Part shown: piece by piece, positions 31,567 through 41,589 of the stretch
Numbering within the stretch: the first letter of the stretch is position 1
How the letters are laid out: every line of letters starts with the position of its first letter
Source of the DNA: a bacterium
GTDB lineage: Bacteria; Zhuqueibacterota; Zhuqueibacteria; Residuimicrobiales; Krinioviventaceae
Assembly (NCBI GenBank): GCA_963674595.2
Contig: CAXXFV010000003.1
Location: 160,001 to 224,000, forward strand
DNA: 64,000 nt
Direction: 5' to 3'
The notes under the pieces: generated by a model
Database searches by the model: none
Seen by the model: the letters and a program-made list of their open reading frames with translations, nothing else
Told to the model about the DNA's origin: nothing
Translations under genes and position numbers: made by a program

Positions 31567-32508
31567 ATGAGAAATCTTGTTTTTACGATATTTCTCATTC
31601 TCTACTATACAGGTTTAAATGGGCAGGTCATTCCGCATTCTATGGAGGAAATTCCGGTCCCGCCCTCATTCTCTCTGTCAGACCAGCCCTATCATGGCCG
31701 GACCATGTACCGGGAATATCTTGCTGATACGTTTACCAATAAAAACAAAACCGGAAAAGCATTTGCAAATTTTGTATTGATTTCCTGTAAAATCAATCAA
31801 TATCAGTCAACACAGGAAATTGAAACGCAATTTCAAGAATTTAAAAGATTTTATACAAAACTGCTAAATCCAAAAATCATTTCAAACTGGAGTCCGACAA
31901 GCATCGACGAGACCTGTGATCAGGACATCAGCATGTTAAAACCGGGAAATAGTTCAGAGGTTGTCGTATACAATGCTGACAGTAATATTCAGTGGTTTTA
32001 TCTTGAAAAAGAGGGCCTGTTGAAAAAATTCGTGATTGCCGTAACCTATGAAGGATTGATCCTGACGGAAAAAATATACACAAAAGACATTAAAGCCCAG
32101 AACCAACCGACCCAACTTGATTTCCCCATATTGCCGGGCTCTGAATTTCTTGCTTCAGAATCCTTAATACAGTATTCCTATGCAAAAGGAGATAATCCGG
32201 AGGTTACTATTACCGGCACACTTGTTTTTGATTCAAAAACCGAGTATGATAAAACAGTCGCCTATTTTAAAGACAATACGGGGCTGCAACCGCAACACCT
32301 TTACAATGGTAACGGTGTTGGTTTTACTAAAATATTAGCCGGACGTGATTTTACGGAATGGCCGCGACTGACCATCTCGGTAGAAAAATACCAGGCCAAT
32401 GGAAGTAATATCGGGAATGAGGAACGGACCCTTATTTCTTATCCATACCGACATGCAAAATGCCGACACCAGCTTTACATAAACAACAACCAGATTCTCT
32501 TTAATTAA
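31567..32508 (+). CDS. Hypothetical exported protein
   Basis: Signal peptide; starts immediately after the upstream stop codon. Confidence 0.7.
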   Translation: MRNLVFTIFLILYYTGLNGQVIPHSMEEIPVPPSFSLSDQPYHGRTMYREYLADTFTNKNKTGKAFANFVLISCKINQYQSTQEIETQFQEFKRFYTKLLNPKIISNWSPTSIDETCDQDISMLKPGNSSEVVVYNADSNIQWFYLEKEGLLKKFVIAVTYEGLILTEKIYTKDIKAQNQPTQLDFPILPGSEFLASESLIQYSYAKGDNPEVTITGTLVFDSKTEYDKTVAYFKDNTGLQPQHLYNGNGVGFTKILAGRDFTEWPRLTISVEKYQANGSNIGNEERTLISYPYRHAKCRHQLYINNNQILFN

Positions 32509-32520
32509 ATTGAGACATAT

Positions 32521-33783
32521 ATGAAGCATTTCATTTCACTATTTATATTGTATTTTTTCTTTATCCAAACGACAACCGCTCAGAATAACACAAACAATGT
32601 GGTTATGGACAGCCAGGGAAACGAAATGCTTCCCTTTGTAAAGGGTAAAATAACCGTCCAGACTTTTTATGATGAAAACTATACGAACAGTTTCCCGCAA
32701 GAATTAATAAACCTGTATGAAGAAAAATTCACCACACTGGTTAATGCCTTTTCTAAACATGATATATTAAATCCGCCAACAGGATTTGAAGTACAGTTAA
32801 ATAAAAGAATAAGCGTTTGGAAAAAACATTCCGTACCGGACTTTTTCTTCCCGAATAACGATCCTAAAACAGTTGCCGACCTTGAAATTGCTTTTTCTCC
32901 CTATTTTAAAATCGACAATCAACCAATAGTTGACTTTCACAACTCTTCGATATTTTCGATCTATTTAAACAATCCCTATAATATTGCCGGTTCCCCAATT
33001 TTGTCGGACATTTATCCATGTCCCCAAAAAGTGGATAGCTTTCACGGATTCCCGGTTTATCAAACCAATCGTTCTGAAGTGACGATCATCAACCTGACGA
33101 AAAAGCCGTTTTTTATACCTGTCTCTCAGGAAGAGTTTATCCACACCAATATTGCCTATTGGAAAAATGAAATTGAAAAAGACCGGCAAGACGAACAGGA
33201 ATATAAAAACGAGGTCGCTGAACAGCAAAGTAGTGATGAAAAAAAACAGCGTCAACAAGACTTTGAACAGGCATATCAGGAGTTATTAAAATACGATAAA
33301 AATGCAGCAGAAGAATTAAAAAAAGCTTTCCACGAGGCGGAACAGGTAATCATGGGTAATGTGAATGAAAACACAACAGGCGCAGATGTATTTAAAAACA
33401 GTATATCACTGAAACAATCCCAGATTGTGTTACTCGAAGAAAAACTGGCGGCAATGTCTGAGACTGAAAAGCAACAGCAGGCCTTTTATTCAGCAGGTTA
33501 TGTTGATGAAACCAATGGCGTATCCGGTTTATTGCCTCAACAGTTGAAACATGAAGGGGATGCATTGGTGAGAATCAATCCGAATTTAGTTGCTGATAAT
33601 CCGACAAATATACAACTTGTCACCATTCACTGGGACCTGATGGACAATGATTTTTCAGACAGGCCGCGAGAGGCTGAGCCTAATGAAGATGCAGGATTTT
33701 TAACAGACAATAAAATGCTGTCACTGTATAATGACAGCAGCTTCTGGAAAAATATTGTTCATTTAATGAAACAAGAAAATTGA
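32521..33783 (+). CDS. Hypothetical exported protein with coiled-coil region
   Basis: Signal peptide ending TTTA-Q; charged helical segment around aa 215-320. Confidence 0.7.
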   Translation: MKHFISLFILYFFFIQTTTAQNNTNNVVMDSQGNEMLPFVKGKITVQTFYDENYTNSFPQELINLYEEKFTTLVNAFSKHDILNPPTGFEVQLNKRISVWKKHSVPDFFFPNNDPKTVADLEIAFSPYFKIDNQPIVDFHNSSIFSIYLNNPYNIAGSPILSDIYPCPQKVDSFHGFPVYQTNRSEVTIINLTKKPFFIPVSQEEFIHTNIAYWKNEIEKDRQDEQEYKNEVAEQQSSDEKKQRQQDFEQAYQELLKYDKNAAEELKKAFHEAEQVIMGNVNENTTGADVFKNSISLKQSQIVLLEEKLAAMSETEKQQQAFYSAGYVDETNGVSGLLPQQLKHEGDALVRINPNLVADNPTNIQLVTIHWDLMDNDFSDRPREAEPNEDAGFLTDNKMLSLYNDSSFWKNIVHLMKQEN

Positions 33784-33801
33784 GTTAAATGATTTTCCTC
33801 C

Positions 33802-33829
33802 AAAAGGGTGCGCCGAAATGCACCCTTTT
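33802..33829. terminator. Bidirectional terminator
   Basis: AAAAGGGTGC-N8-GCACCCTTTT between convergent operons. Confidence 0.8.
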
Positions 33830-34699
33830 CTATTGTAAAATAACTTTGACAGAATCTACACTAACCGATCCAAAAACGCCAATCCCGCCTTCTATTAAAT
33901 TAAAATCAGAACCGGTTAAAGAAGCCATTTCATTTTTAAGCGCATAGTCGTATAACATTCTGTCAAGCGCTTCTACTTTTATCATGACCGTATCGGATAT
34001 AACATCTTCAAGCTCGTTCAACGTATTAAAATCAATATTTTTCAAATCCGCCGGTGAATCGTAATACAACTCATAATCATCCTCATAGATATTCATCCAC
34101 TTTGGTTGATCATAGGAGCCCGGATAAGAGCTTTTGTATTTTACCATAAAAGATACGATATAGGCAATGGATGAAGAACTTTCCTGCCACTTAACCTGTA
34201 GTTCCATTAAATTTGCCCGTTCAATTCGGCTCATATTGGAAGGCGATAAAATTTGGGGTATATCAGGCATTGTTGTTTGAGCTGAAATCTTGTGTCCATC
34301 CGGCGTTTTTATTTCAAGCTTGTATGTTTGCCCGGGAACAGCCGAAAAATCCTGATTTAAATCAATGTACATATCATCAACACTGTAATCATGTTCATAA
34401 TAATAGTGTGTCGAATATGGATTGATACCTTTAACAAAGGTAAAATCTGTTGTATCCGTTTGATTAAAAACTTTGACGACAGCATCATCAACAATAAATT
34501 CTTTTTGCATACCATTCATTTTTTCACTTAATCGCAAGGTACGTTCAATAACAACAAATTCCTGAGAACTATCACTGGAAAGCAAGCCAAAGACACATAA
34601 TTCCGGAGTATATTCCGGCTGAAATATTTCTTCCTTTGGGGTGAAACTATCACAAGAAATAATTAAAAAACAACTATACAAATATAATAAATACTTCAT
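33830..34699 (-). CDS. DUF4249-like lipoprotein, TonB receptor partner
   Basis: IISC lipobox, GQTYKLEI..DG..ISAQTTMP, C-terminal NLIEGGIGVFGS. Confidence 0.8.
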   Translation of the reverse strand: MKYLLYLYSCFLIISCDSFTPKEEIFQPEYTPELCVFGLLSSDSSQEFVVIERTLRLSEKMNGMQKEFIVDDAVVKVFNQTDTTDFTFVKGINPYSTHYYYEHDYSVDDMYIDLNQDFSAVPGQTYKLEIKTPDGHKISAQTTMPDIPQILSPSNMSRIERANLMELQVKWQESSSSIAYIVSFMVKYKSSYPGSYDQPKWMNIYEDDYELYYDSPADLKNIDFNTLNELEDVISDTVMIKVEALDRMLYDYALKNEMASLTGSDFNLIEGGIGVFGSVSVDSVKVILQ

Positions 34700-34710
34700 T
34701 ATCATCTCCG

Positions 34711-37350
34711 CTAAAATTCAAAATTCACGCCAATCGTGGGAACAAATGGAAACATCCCCAAACCTTTTCTTTTTGCCTGGACTGTATTACCGGTATCAGT
34801 ATATCCCGGTGCCAGGTCATAATCATAGAGAAAAATATTTTGATGATTGCTCATATTTATAATTTGAAAAAACGGCTGCATAGACCATTTACTGTAATGA
34901 TAAGTTTTCATTATACTCAAATCGATCCTGAAATAGGCAGGATATCGATACGAACCCTTTTCAGCTTTGACCGGGATATAATCAGCAGTAACAGAATAGG
35001 GTTCGTCATCCACATAATAATTACTTCTCCAGCCAACAGTCGGTGTTTCCGGCAAACCGGATGCAAAAGTCAATCGTCCGCCTATTTTCCAATTGTTTTT
35101 CATTTCATATCCCGCCACACAGGTCAGCGAATGACGCCGGTCATAATTCGGATAATAGGTTTGGTATTCTTTTTCATAACCTGAATTTTCAATAAAGTTC
35201 GAAGGCCTTGCCGTCATAATTGTTTTCCGCGTATAAGCCAGCGTATAACCAATCCACCCGGTAAAATGTCCTTTTTGTTTACGCAACAAAAACTCTATTC
35301 CCATGGCTTTACCCCATCCGGTTAAAAAATCATCCCTCTCTCCCTTATCTCCAAGTTCATTCAGATCCATCAAATCATCATAGTCTTTATAATAGGTTTC
35401 GACAGAAAACATATACTTGTCATCGTCAAATAGATATTCAAGTCCGGCAATATAATGAAAGGCCTGAATGGGCTTGTAACGCTGATCAATGGGAAACCAG
35501 AGGTCCAATAACCTGAGATAACTGAGAAAATCAATATCTTCAGGATTAAAAGTATAAAAATATTGATGAAAAAGCCCGACAGACGCTTTTAAATTTATAT
35601 TATCCTGAAGCCGATATCGTGTACTGATTCGCGGATCAACCCTGAAATAGTCTCCAAGATTGTAATAGGTGAGCCGGACACCACTTTGAATGTTGAAAAG
35701 CGGGGAAACTTTCCAATCGTCCTGTATATAAGCGGAATAGAATTTCGATTTTCTGTTATAGTCGATAAGAGTATAATCATTGAACTTGAGAAATATTTTA
35801 AATTTTAGCTGTTGGTATTGCAGTCCCAATTTCATTTCATGTTTATCGGACATGAACCAGGTCAGGTCATTTTGAAAAGAATAATCATGGATTAAATCTT
35901 CTGCTCTTCCACTTTCATTCATATAATCACCGTCGTATTTTACCCTGAACCGGCTTCTTGTAAAAACTGTTTCAGAGAACAAACGGGGATTAAAAATATA
36001 TTGCCATTTCAGGGCTGTAGAAAAATTTCCAAACCGAATGTCTGTTGTTTCTTTATATGATCGGTACTGTTCAATTGTATAATCATATTTGTCCTTATCC
36101 TCCTCTGCATAAAGTACATCGTCACCATAAAAGCCGCTTAAGGTTAGTTTACTGTTTTCAGAAAAGGAATAGTTTATTTTCCCGTTAAAGTCATAAAAAT
36201 AATAAGGAAAATTAAAATCATCATCAATCCGGCCTTTTATAAAGGTATTGTAAATAAAATCAAAATAGGTTCGCCTTGCCGAAATTAAAAACGAACCCTT
36301 TGGAATGGGACCTTCCAGTAATAGTTTTGAGCTCAACAGACTGATACTTCCCTTGCCTTGAATTTCCTGATTATTTCCGTCTTTATTGGTTACGGAAATT
36401 ACGGAAGAGACCGCATTACCATATCGGGCTGGAAATCCTCCCAGGGAAATATCAACACTCTTGATGGCATCGGTGTTAAAGGTGCTGAATACACCGCCCA
36501 GGTGATAGGGATTATATATTCGAACGTCATCCAGCAGAATAATGTTTTCAGAAGGATTACCGCCGCGAATATAAAGAGCACTGGAAAAATCACTTTGAGT
36601 AATAACACCGGGCAGCGATTGTATGGTTCGGAACAGATCAGCTTCTACAAATGAAGGCGCTGTTTCAATTTCCCTGCGTGAAATCTGAATGGCGCTGGGT
36701 TCAATCTGCTGTTCAAATTTTTCACGTTCAGCGGTTTTTATAACCGTTTCACCCATAATTGCAGACGGCTCCAGCAAAAAATCATGGGAAAGTGTTTTAC
36801 CTCCTAAAAACATGAACTCTTTTTCACCAATACCGTACCCAAGCATCATCGCCTGTATTTTTAATTTACCATCCGGAATATTGGTGATCACATAATAACC
36901 ATTTTCATCAGCAGCGTCGCCCAGATAATAACCGTCGACAACAACATTGGCATAGGGAACAGTTTCGCCATTGGTTTTATCCCGGACAAAACCTTTAATA
37001 ATATTCTTGCCCCTACCTGTTTTAGGTGGCACATTTGTTTTTTTGGGAACAATAATATATTGATTGGAGGATTTTTTCCAGGTCAGGGATGTGGACTTTA
37101 ATAAAATGTCCAATCCTTTTTCAACAACAACATCCTCTGCTTTGGCTGTAATTATAATATTTTTGGTCTGTTTCTCCTGGTAGGCTATTGCCAGATCATA
37201 GTCTTTGATCAATGTGTTGAGAGCATTTCCCAGTGGTTTGTCTTTAAATGAGAATGATATCTTTTTTTCAAGTGATTGAGCAAATAATATACTGCATAGC
37301 AGTAAAAGAACATATATAGCATTATTGAAATGTAATCGTATTTTTTTCAA
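34711..37350 (-). CDS. TonB-dependent receptor/transducer with N-terminal STN signalling domain
   Basis: ISFSFKDKPL...GLDILLKST STN domain; GETVPYANV; EADLFRTIQSLPGV, IRGG plug; C-terminal NFEF. Confidence 0.9.
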   Translation of the reverse strand: MKKIRLHFNNAIYVLLLLCSILFAQSLEKKISFSFKDKPLGNALNTLIKDYDLAIAYQEKQTKNIIITAKAEDVVVEKGLDILLKSTSLTWKKSSNQYIIVPKKTNVPPKTGRGKNIIKGFVRDKTNGETVPYANVVVDGYYLGDAADENGYYVITNIPDGKLKIQAMMLGYGIGEKEFMFLGGKTLSHDFLLEPSAIMGETVIKTAEREKFEQQIEPSAIQISRREIETAPSFVEADLFRTIQSLPGVITQSDFSSALYIRGGNPSENIILLDDVRIYNPYHLGGVFSTFNTDAIKSVDISLGGFPARYGNAVSSVISVTNKDGNNQEIQGKGSISLLSSKLLLEGPIPKGSFLISARRTYFDFIYNTFIKGRIDDDFNFPYYFYDFNGKINYSFSENSKLTLSGFYGDDVLYAEEDKDKYDYTIEQYRSYKETTDIRFGNFSTALKWQYIFNPRLFSETVFTRSRFRVKYDGDYMNESGRAEDLIHDYSFQNDLTWFMSDKHEMKLGLQYQQLKFKIFLKFNDYTLIDYNRKSKFYSAYIQDDWKVSPLFNIQSGVRLTYYNLGDYFRVDPRISTRYRLQDNINLKASVGLFHQYFYTFNPEDIDFLSYLRLLDLWFPIDQRYKPIQAFHYIAGLEYLFDDDKYMFSVETYYKDYDDLMDLNELGDKGERDDFLTGWGKAMGIEFLLRKQKGHFTGWIGYTLAYTRKTIMTARPSNFIENSGYEKEYQTYYPNYDRRHSLTCVAGYEMKNNWKIGGRLTFASGLPETPTVGWRSNYYVDDEPYSVTADYIPVKAEKGSYRYPAYFRIDLSIMKTYHYSKWSMQPFFQIINMSNHQNIFLYDYDLAPGYTDTGNTVQAKRKGLGMFPFVPTIGVNFEF

Positions 37351-38233
37351 TCCTATAATCCTTATCTACGAGTACGCTGACAGCCTGCAAAAGATTATGT
37401 AAATCATTCGCATCAAAAAGTCCTGAAAACTCGGTATTTCCCAAATCAACATCATTTATAATGATGGTTACATCAAAACGGCGTTCAATTTCATCGCACA
37501 ACTGCCGGAACGTGGATTGTTTTGCAGAAATGTTTCCATCAAGCCATCCTGGAAAACTTGCAAACCCGATTTTTTGTGGAGCATCTGGAAAGCTACCCGT
37601 TGTACACGAGATATATTGGTCCTGTGTCAACGTAATAGTGCTGTCTTTATGGGCTGCTTCCACAGAAAATTTCACCACGCCCTCATTTACGGCTATTTGT
37701 ATACGATTATCTCTTTCTTTAATGTTAAACGCTGTTCCGACAACTGTTACTGTTCCCGAATTTGTTTTCACGAAAAACGGATGTTTGCCCTTTTCAACGT
37801 TAAAATAAGCTTCACCCGCCAACTCAACTTTTCTGGAAATAGCAGAAAAACCTTTTGCAACAATCAGTCGGCTGTCACAATTCAAGCGGACCTCTGAATT
37901 GTCGGCCAGTTTCACGGTTAGTTTTTCCGCTCTGCCGGTCACATATTCCTTTCCTGATGGAACAAAAACAAACCAGACAAACAACAGCGCTAAAACGCAT
38001 ACTGTTGCAAAGCCGACAGCAAACCGGGGTAATGTCAGAATAGAAGTATTATTTTTTGCATGAACACGTTCTTTTTCCCGAATACGCCTATAGATAGCTT
38101 GCCATTCCTGTTCACTTGCCGGAGGTTCCGGTAGATTGAATTTTCCGGGGCTGGTTAGCTCATCAACAATGCGTTGTTGTTCAGCTTTATTTTCAAAGGG
38201 TTTGGTTCTCTTCCAATGTAAAAAGGAATTCAT
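37322..38233 (-). CDS. FecR family anti-sigma factor
   Basis: Single TM helix, LADNSEVRLNCDS, GEAYFNV, VVGTAFNI; GAGGA RBS before ATG 38233. Confidence 0.9.
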   Translation of the reverse strand: MNSFLHWKRTKPFENKAEQQRIVDELTSPGKFNLPEPPASEQEWQAIYRRIREKERVHAKNNTSILTLPRFAVGFATVCVLALLFVWFVFVPSGKEYVTGRAEKLTVKLADNSEVRLNCDSRLIVAKGFSAISRKVELAGEAYFNVEKGKHPFFVKTNSGTVTVVGTAFNIKERDNRIQIAVNEGVVKFSVEAAHKDSTITLTQDQYISCTTGSFPDAPQKIGFASFPGWLDGNISAKQSTFRQLCDEIERRFDVTIIINDVDLGNTEFSGLFDANDLHNLLQAVSVLVDKDYRIEKNTITFQ

Positions 38234-38288
38234 AAGGTCCTCACTAATTAAGGACAGCAATGTGGCCACATGTGCTGCGAATTCATAT

Positions 38289-38318
38289 TAAATACGATCC
38301 AGTTGCTCGATACACCTA
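38289..38318 (-). promoter_or_regulatory. Putative ECF-sigma promoter for fecR-TBDR
   Basis: TAGGTGTA-N~13-TCGTATT directly after the sigma stop codon, typical position for FecI-type cassettes. Confidence 0.3.
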
Positions 38319-38912
38319 TAAATATTTTATAATTTTTTTTCTTATTATCTGCAATGCTTTACTTAGCTGATTTTCCACAGTTTTTTTACTGATATTCAGC
38401 ATCTCTGCAATTTCGATGATTGATTTTTCTTTAAAACGGCTCAGAATAAATATTTCCCGGCATTTTGGCGGCAGGTGATGATTAACGATTTTGATTAATA
38501 CCTGCTGTAATTGTTTAAAATGAATGTCCTTATCCGGTGAATTGACTGATCTTTCATATAATCCGGTTACCGTTTCATTATGTTTGTCTTTCACCTTTAC
38601 ATGCCTGCAATGGTCTTTGTATAAATTTTCCGCAATTTTAACCAAATAGGCCCAAAAGGAGCATTTGGGATTTAATCCCGTTCGTTTTTCCCATAACCGG
38701 ACAAACACTTCCTGTGCAATGTCCTGACAAAGATCATAGTCCATGCAGCGTACGTACAAATAATGAAACAACATGGGATGAAAATGTTTAAAAATTTGTT
38801 TATACGCCCGAATATCAGAGTTTTTTACAGCTTGCACCAGCTCTTCAATTTGAAAACCGGTTGCCTTTTCGTTAATCGTTTTCCCGACTTTTTCCTGCAT
38901 TGAAATAATCAT
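38316..38912 (-). CDS. ECF RNA polymerase sigma-70 factor
   Basis: DIAQEVFVRLW region 2; LPPKCREIFILSR...EIAEMLNISKKTVENQLSKAL region 4; start uncertain (38900-38948). Confidence 0.92.
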   Translation of the reverse strand: MIISMQEKVGKTINEKATGFQIEELVQAVKNSDIRAYKQIFKHFHPMLFHYLYVRCMDYDLCQDIAQEVFVRLWEKRTGLNPKCSFWAYLVKIAENLYKDHCRHVKVKDKHNETVTGLYERSVNSPDKDIHFKQLQQVLIKIVNHHLPPKCREIFILSRFKEKSIIEIAEMLNISKKTVENQLSKALQIIRKKIIKYL

Positions 38913-39055
38913 TCCTCTGTTCTGTTTTTTTGTCAGAGCATTATACATATTTTTTTCGTGATTTTTAAGTAAAATTTATTTCATTTTTTTTAAAATGGTA
39001 TGCGATGTGTAATTTATTTCACCAATTCCCATCTTTTAATTTTTTTTAAAAGAAC

Positions 39056-39084
39056 TTGAACTTTTATCATATAATTTGTACCAT
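39056..39084 (+). promoter_or_regulatory. Promoter-bearing repeat, copy 4 (TTGAAC-17-TACCAT)
   Basis: Spacer ends with the same ATATAATTTG block. Confidence 0.5.
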
Positions 39085-39320
39085 ATTTAATAAGTCATAG
39101 AGAATTATTTTTCAAGATAACTAAAAAACTAAATATTTCTGAGACCTGATTCTCATTTTGACTGATTTTCCATTTTTCAAATACGGGTCTTTAAATTATA
39201 TGTGAAAAATTGTCACACCTGACTGACATTTTTCATCTTAAACTTTTGTATAGTTAAGAATTACGGCACTAAACATCGATGCCATAATAATTTCATTTCA
39301 TTGATAACGTGGAGAAAATT

Positions 39321-40199
39321 ATGAAAAAAACGTTGCTGTTCTTTTTGGGTATTCTGTTCATGGCAACATTCGTGTTTGCTCAATCAATCACTTTTTATGG
39401 TGGTTCCAGCTTTTATCAAGTCGAGGGTCCCTCAACGAATATTTATGATACTAACCCCGGCGGTTGGCCTTTAGGCGGACCAGGAGAGTATATTGTCAAT
39501 ACACCAGATTTTTCCTGGTTTGTGGATCCCGGTCCTTATGACATATCGGGCGATCAAAACGGAAATGGTCCAGGCTCTTTCATTCTGGAAGACAATTCTT
39601 TACCTGTGCAAATGAGTTTATTTACAGCACAACAAAAAGGCCGGTCTGTTTTAATCGAATGGGTCACTGAGAGTGAGCTGGACAACCTGGGTTTTATTCT
39701 GGAACGTTCATTAGACAAAGAGACATGGCAAAAAATAGCTTCCTATGAAACTTGCAACGATTTTAAAGGCCAGGGCACAACATCAACCAGAACGGAATAT
39801 TCATTTACTGATAGTGACGTCACTATTGGGAATAGTTATTATTATAAACTGTCCGATCTAAGTACAGAGGGAAATGTTTGCAGCTACAGGTCCACCTTTG
39901 TTAATCTTGAAGCGCTTCCGCAAACAACCCTGATGCAGAAAGCTTATCCAAATCCATTTAATCCGCAAACGTACATCCAATACCAATTATCAAAAGCGTC
40001 TAATGTGAAAATCACGGTATATGACATGCTCGGACATTCCGTCAAAACACTCTTTAATGGTGAACAAGCCGAAGGCTGTTACCAAACTTATTGGAACGGA
40101 ACAGACCAAAACGGCCGCCACACAGCCTCGGGCACCTATCTTATCCAGATGGAAACAGAAAATACAACAGAGGTACAAAAAGTACTTTATATAAAATAA
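39321..40199 (+). CDS. Small secreted protein with short Gly/Pro-rich passenger, LPV Ig/Fn3-like domain and FlgD/T9SS-like C-terminal domain
   Basis: Signal peptide ending VFA-Q, LPVQMSLF, WVTESELDNLGF, AYPNPFNP, WNGTDQNG...SGTY. Confidence 0.85.
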   Translation: MKKTLLFFLGILFMATFVFAQSITFYGGSSFYQVEGPSTNIYDTNPGGWPLGGPGEYIVNTPDFSWFVDPGPYDISGDQNGNGPGSFILEDNSLPVQMSLFTAQQKGRSVLIEWVTESELDNLGFILERSLDKETWQKIASYETCNDFKGQGTTSTRTEYSFTDSDVTIGNSYYYKLSDLSTEGNVCSYRSTFVNLEALPQTTLMQKAYPNPFNPQTYIQYQLSKASNVKITVYDMLGHSVKTLFNGEQAEGCYQTYWNGTDQNGRHTASGTYLIQMETENTTEVQKVLYIK

Positions 40200-40239
40200 A
40201 GATATAATTTTCAAAACACTAAAAAACAAAATCTCAATA

Positions 40240-40276
40240 TAATGGAATTAGGGTAAAAAGGGCCCTAATTCCATTA
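40240..40276 (+). terminator. Terminator-like hairpin
   Basis: TAATGGAATTAGGG-N9-CCCTAATTCCATTA. Confidence 0.65.
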
Positions 40277-40416
40277 AATAATTCTTATAGGTTACTTGCC
40301 CTTATATTTAAAAACATCTATCCCCTCCTTTTTTAAAATCAATAGATAAAAAAACCTTGACCTGACTAGAGCTTTATAGCTTATATTCAATTTTTAAATT
40401 TAACTATGAGGTAATA

Positions 40417-41589
40417 ATGAGGTCATTGTTTTCACGAAATTTCATTCTCCTATGGCAAGGTCAGTTCATCAGCAAAATCGGTACTTTTTTATTTAATATT
40501 GCGTTAATATTATACATTAAAGAGCATACCAACAGCGCTGCCGTTATTTCATTAATTCTTATCGCAGGAAACACACCGGAAATATTTTTAGCGCCGCTTG
40601 GCGGGACATTGGCGGATCTGTTTTCCAGAAAAAAGATCATCATTTTTTCGGATATCATTAGTGGTATTTTTATAATCGGAATTACAGGTTTGATCGCCCA
40701 GGGGATTTTTTCAGACAGTATAAACCTGGTGCTGTTATTTTTCCTCTCACTGGTTCTGGGTCTCTGCGGTGCCTGTTTTTCACCTGCGGTTTCAGCGCTG
40801 GTTCCACAATTGGTTGATAAAAAAATACTCCATTCTGCAAACGCCATGTTTCAATCCACATCACAATTGTCTATGGTGCTTGGCCAGGCTATCGGCGGAT
40901 TATTTTATACAAAAACAGGGGCTGTTTTGCTTTTTTTTATAAACGGGGCAAGCTTTATTATTTCAGGATTTTCCGAAATTTTTATTCGTATTGAAAAAAC
41001 TAATCCACAACAAAAAAAATCCTGGAAAGACCTGAACAGTCAATTTAAAGCCAATTTTAAGGATGGGTTCCATTATTGCCGGCATAACAAACAATTGCAA
41101 TATTTGTTTTTAATAATCGGCATTTATCACTTTTTTGTTGCGCCGTTGCCCATTCTTATTCCATTTTGGGTTTCAGATGTTCTTTTCCTAAATGAACAGT
41201 GGACAGGCTTTTTGTTTGCCGGATTTGCAATGGGTATTTTAGTCGGTTTTACCATTGCCGGGACTGTTGATTTTTTATCGAAAAACATTACAAAAATTAT
41301 TACTGTATTATTTTTATTCTCGTCAGTTTCATTTATTATATTTCCTTTGTTTCACTCTGCTTTTATCAGTATACTATGCCTTGTTTGTTTAGGTATAATT
41401 GTCGGAATAGTGATTGTAATACATATAACTTTTATCCAAAAAATTACACCGCAAAATTTTCATGGCCGGGTATTTGGCTTTTTAAATACAATTACAAATG
41501 CAACAATACCTATTGGTTTGGGGATTTACGGTTTGGTACTTGACATATTGAATAAAACAATAGGTCGTTCATTATCTACCAGTGAGTAA
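40417..41589 (+). pseudogene. MFS transporter (MefA/DHA3-like), 3'-truncated by IS256
   Basis: NFILLWQGQFIS, GGTLADLFSRKK motif A, GRVFG; last codon and stop (GAG TAA) come from the IS end. Confidence 0.8.
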
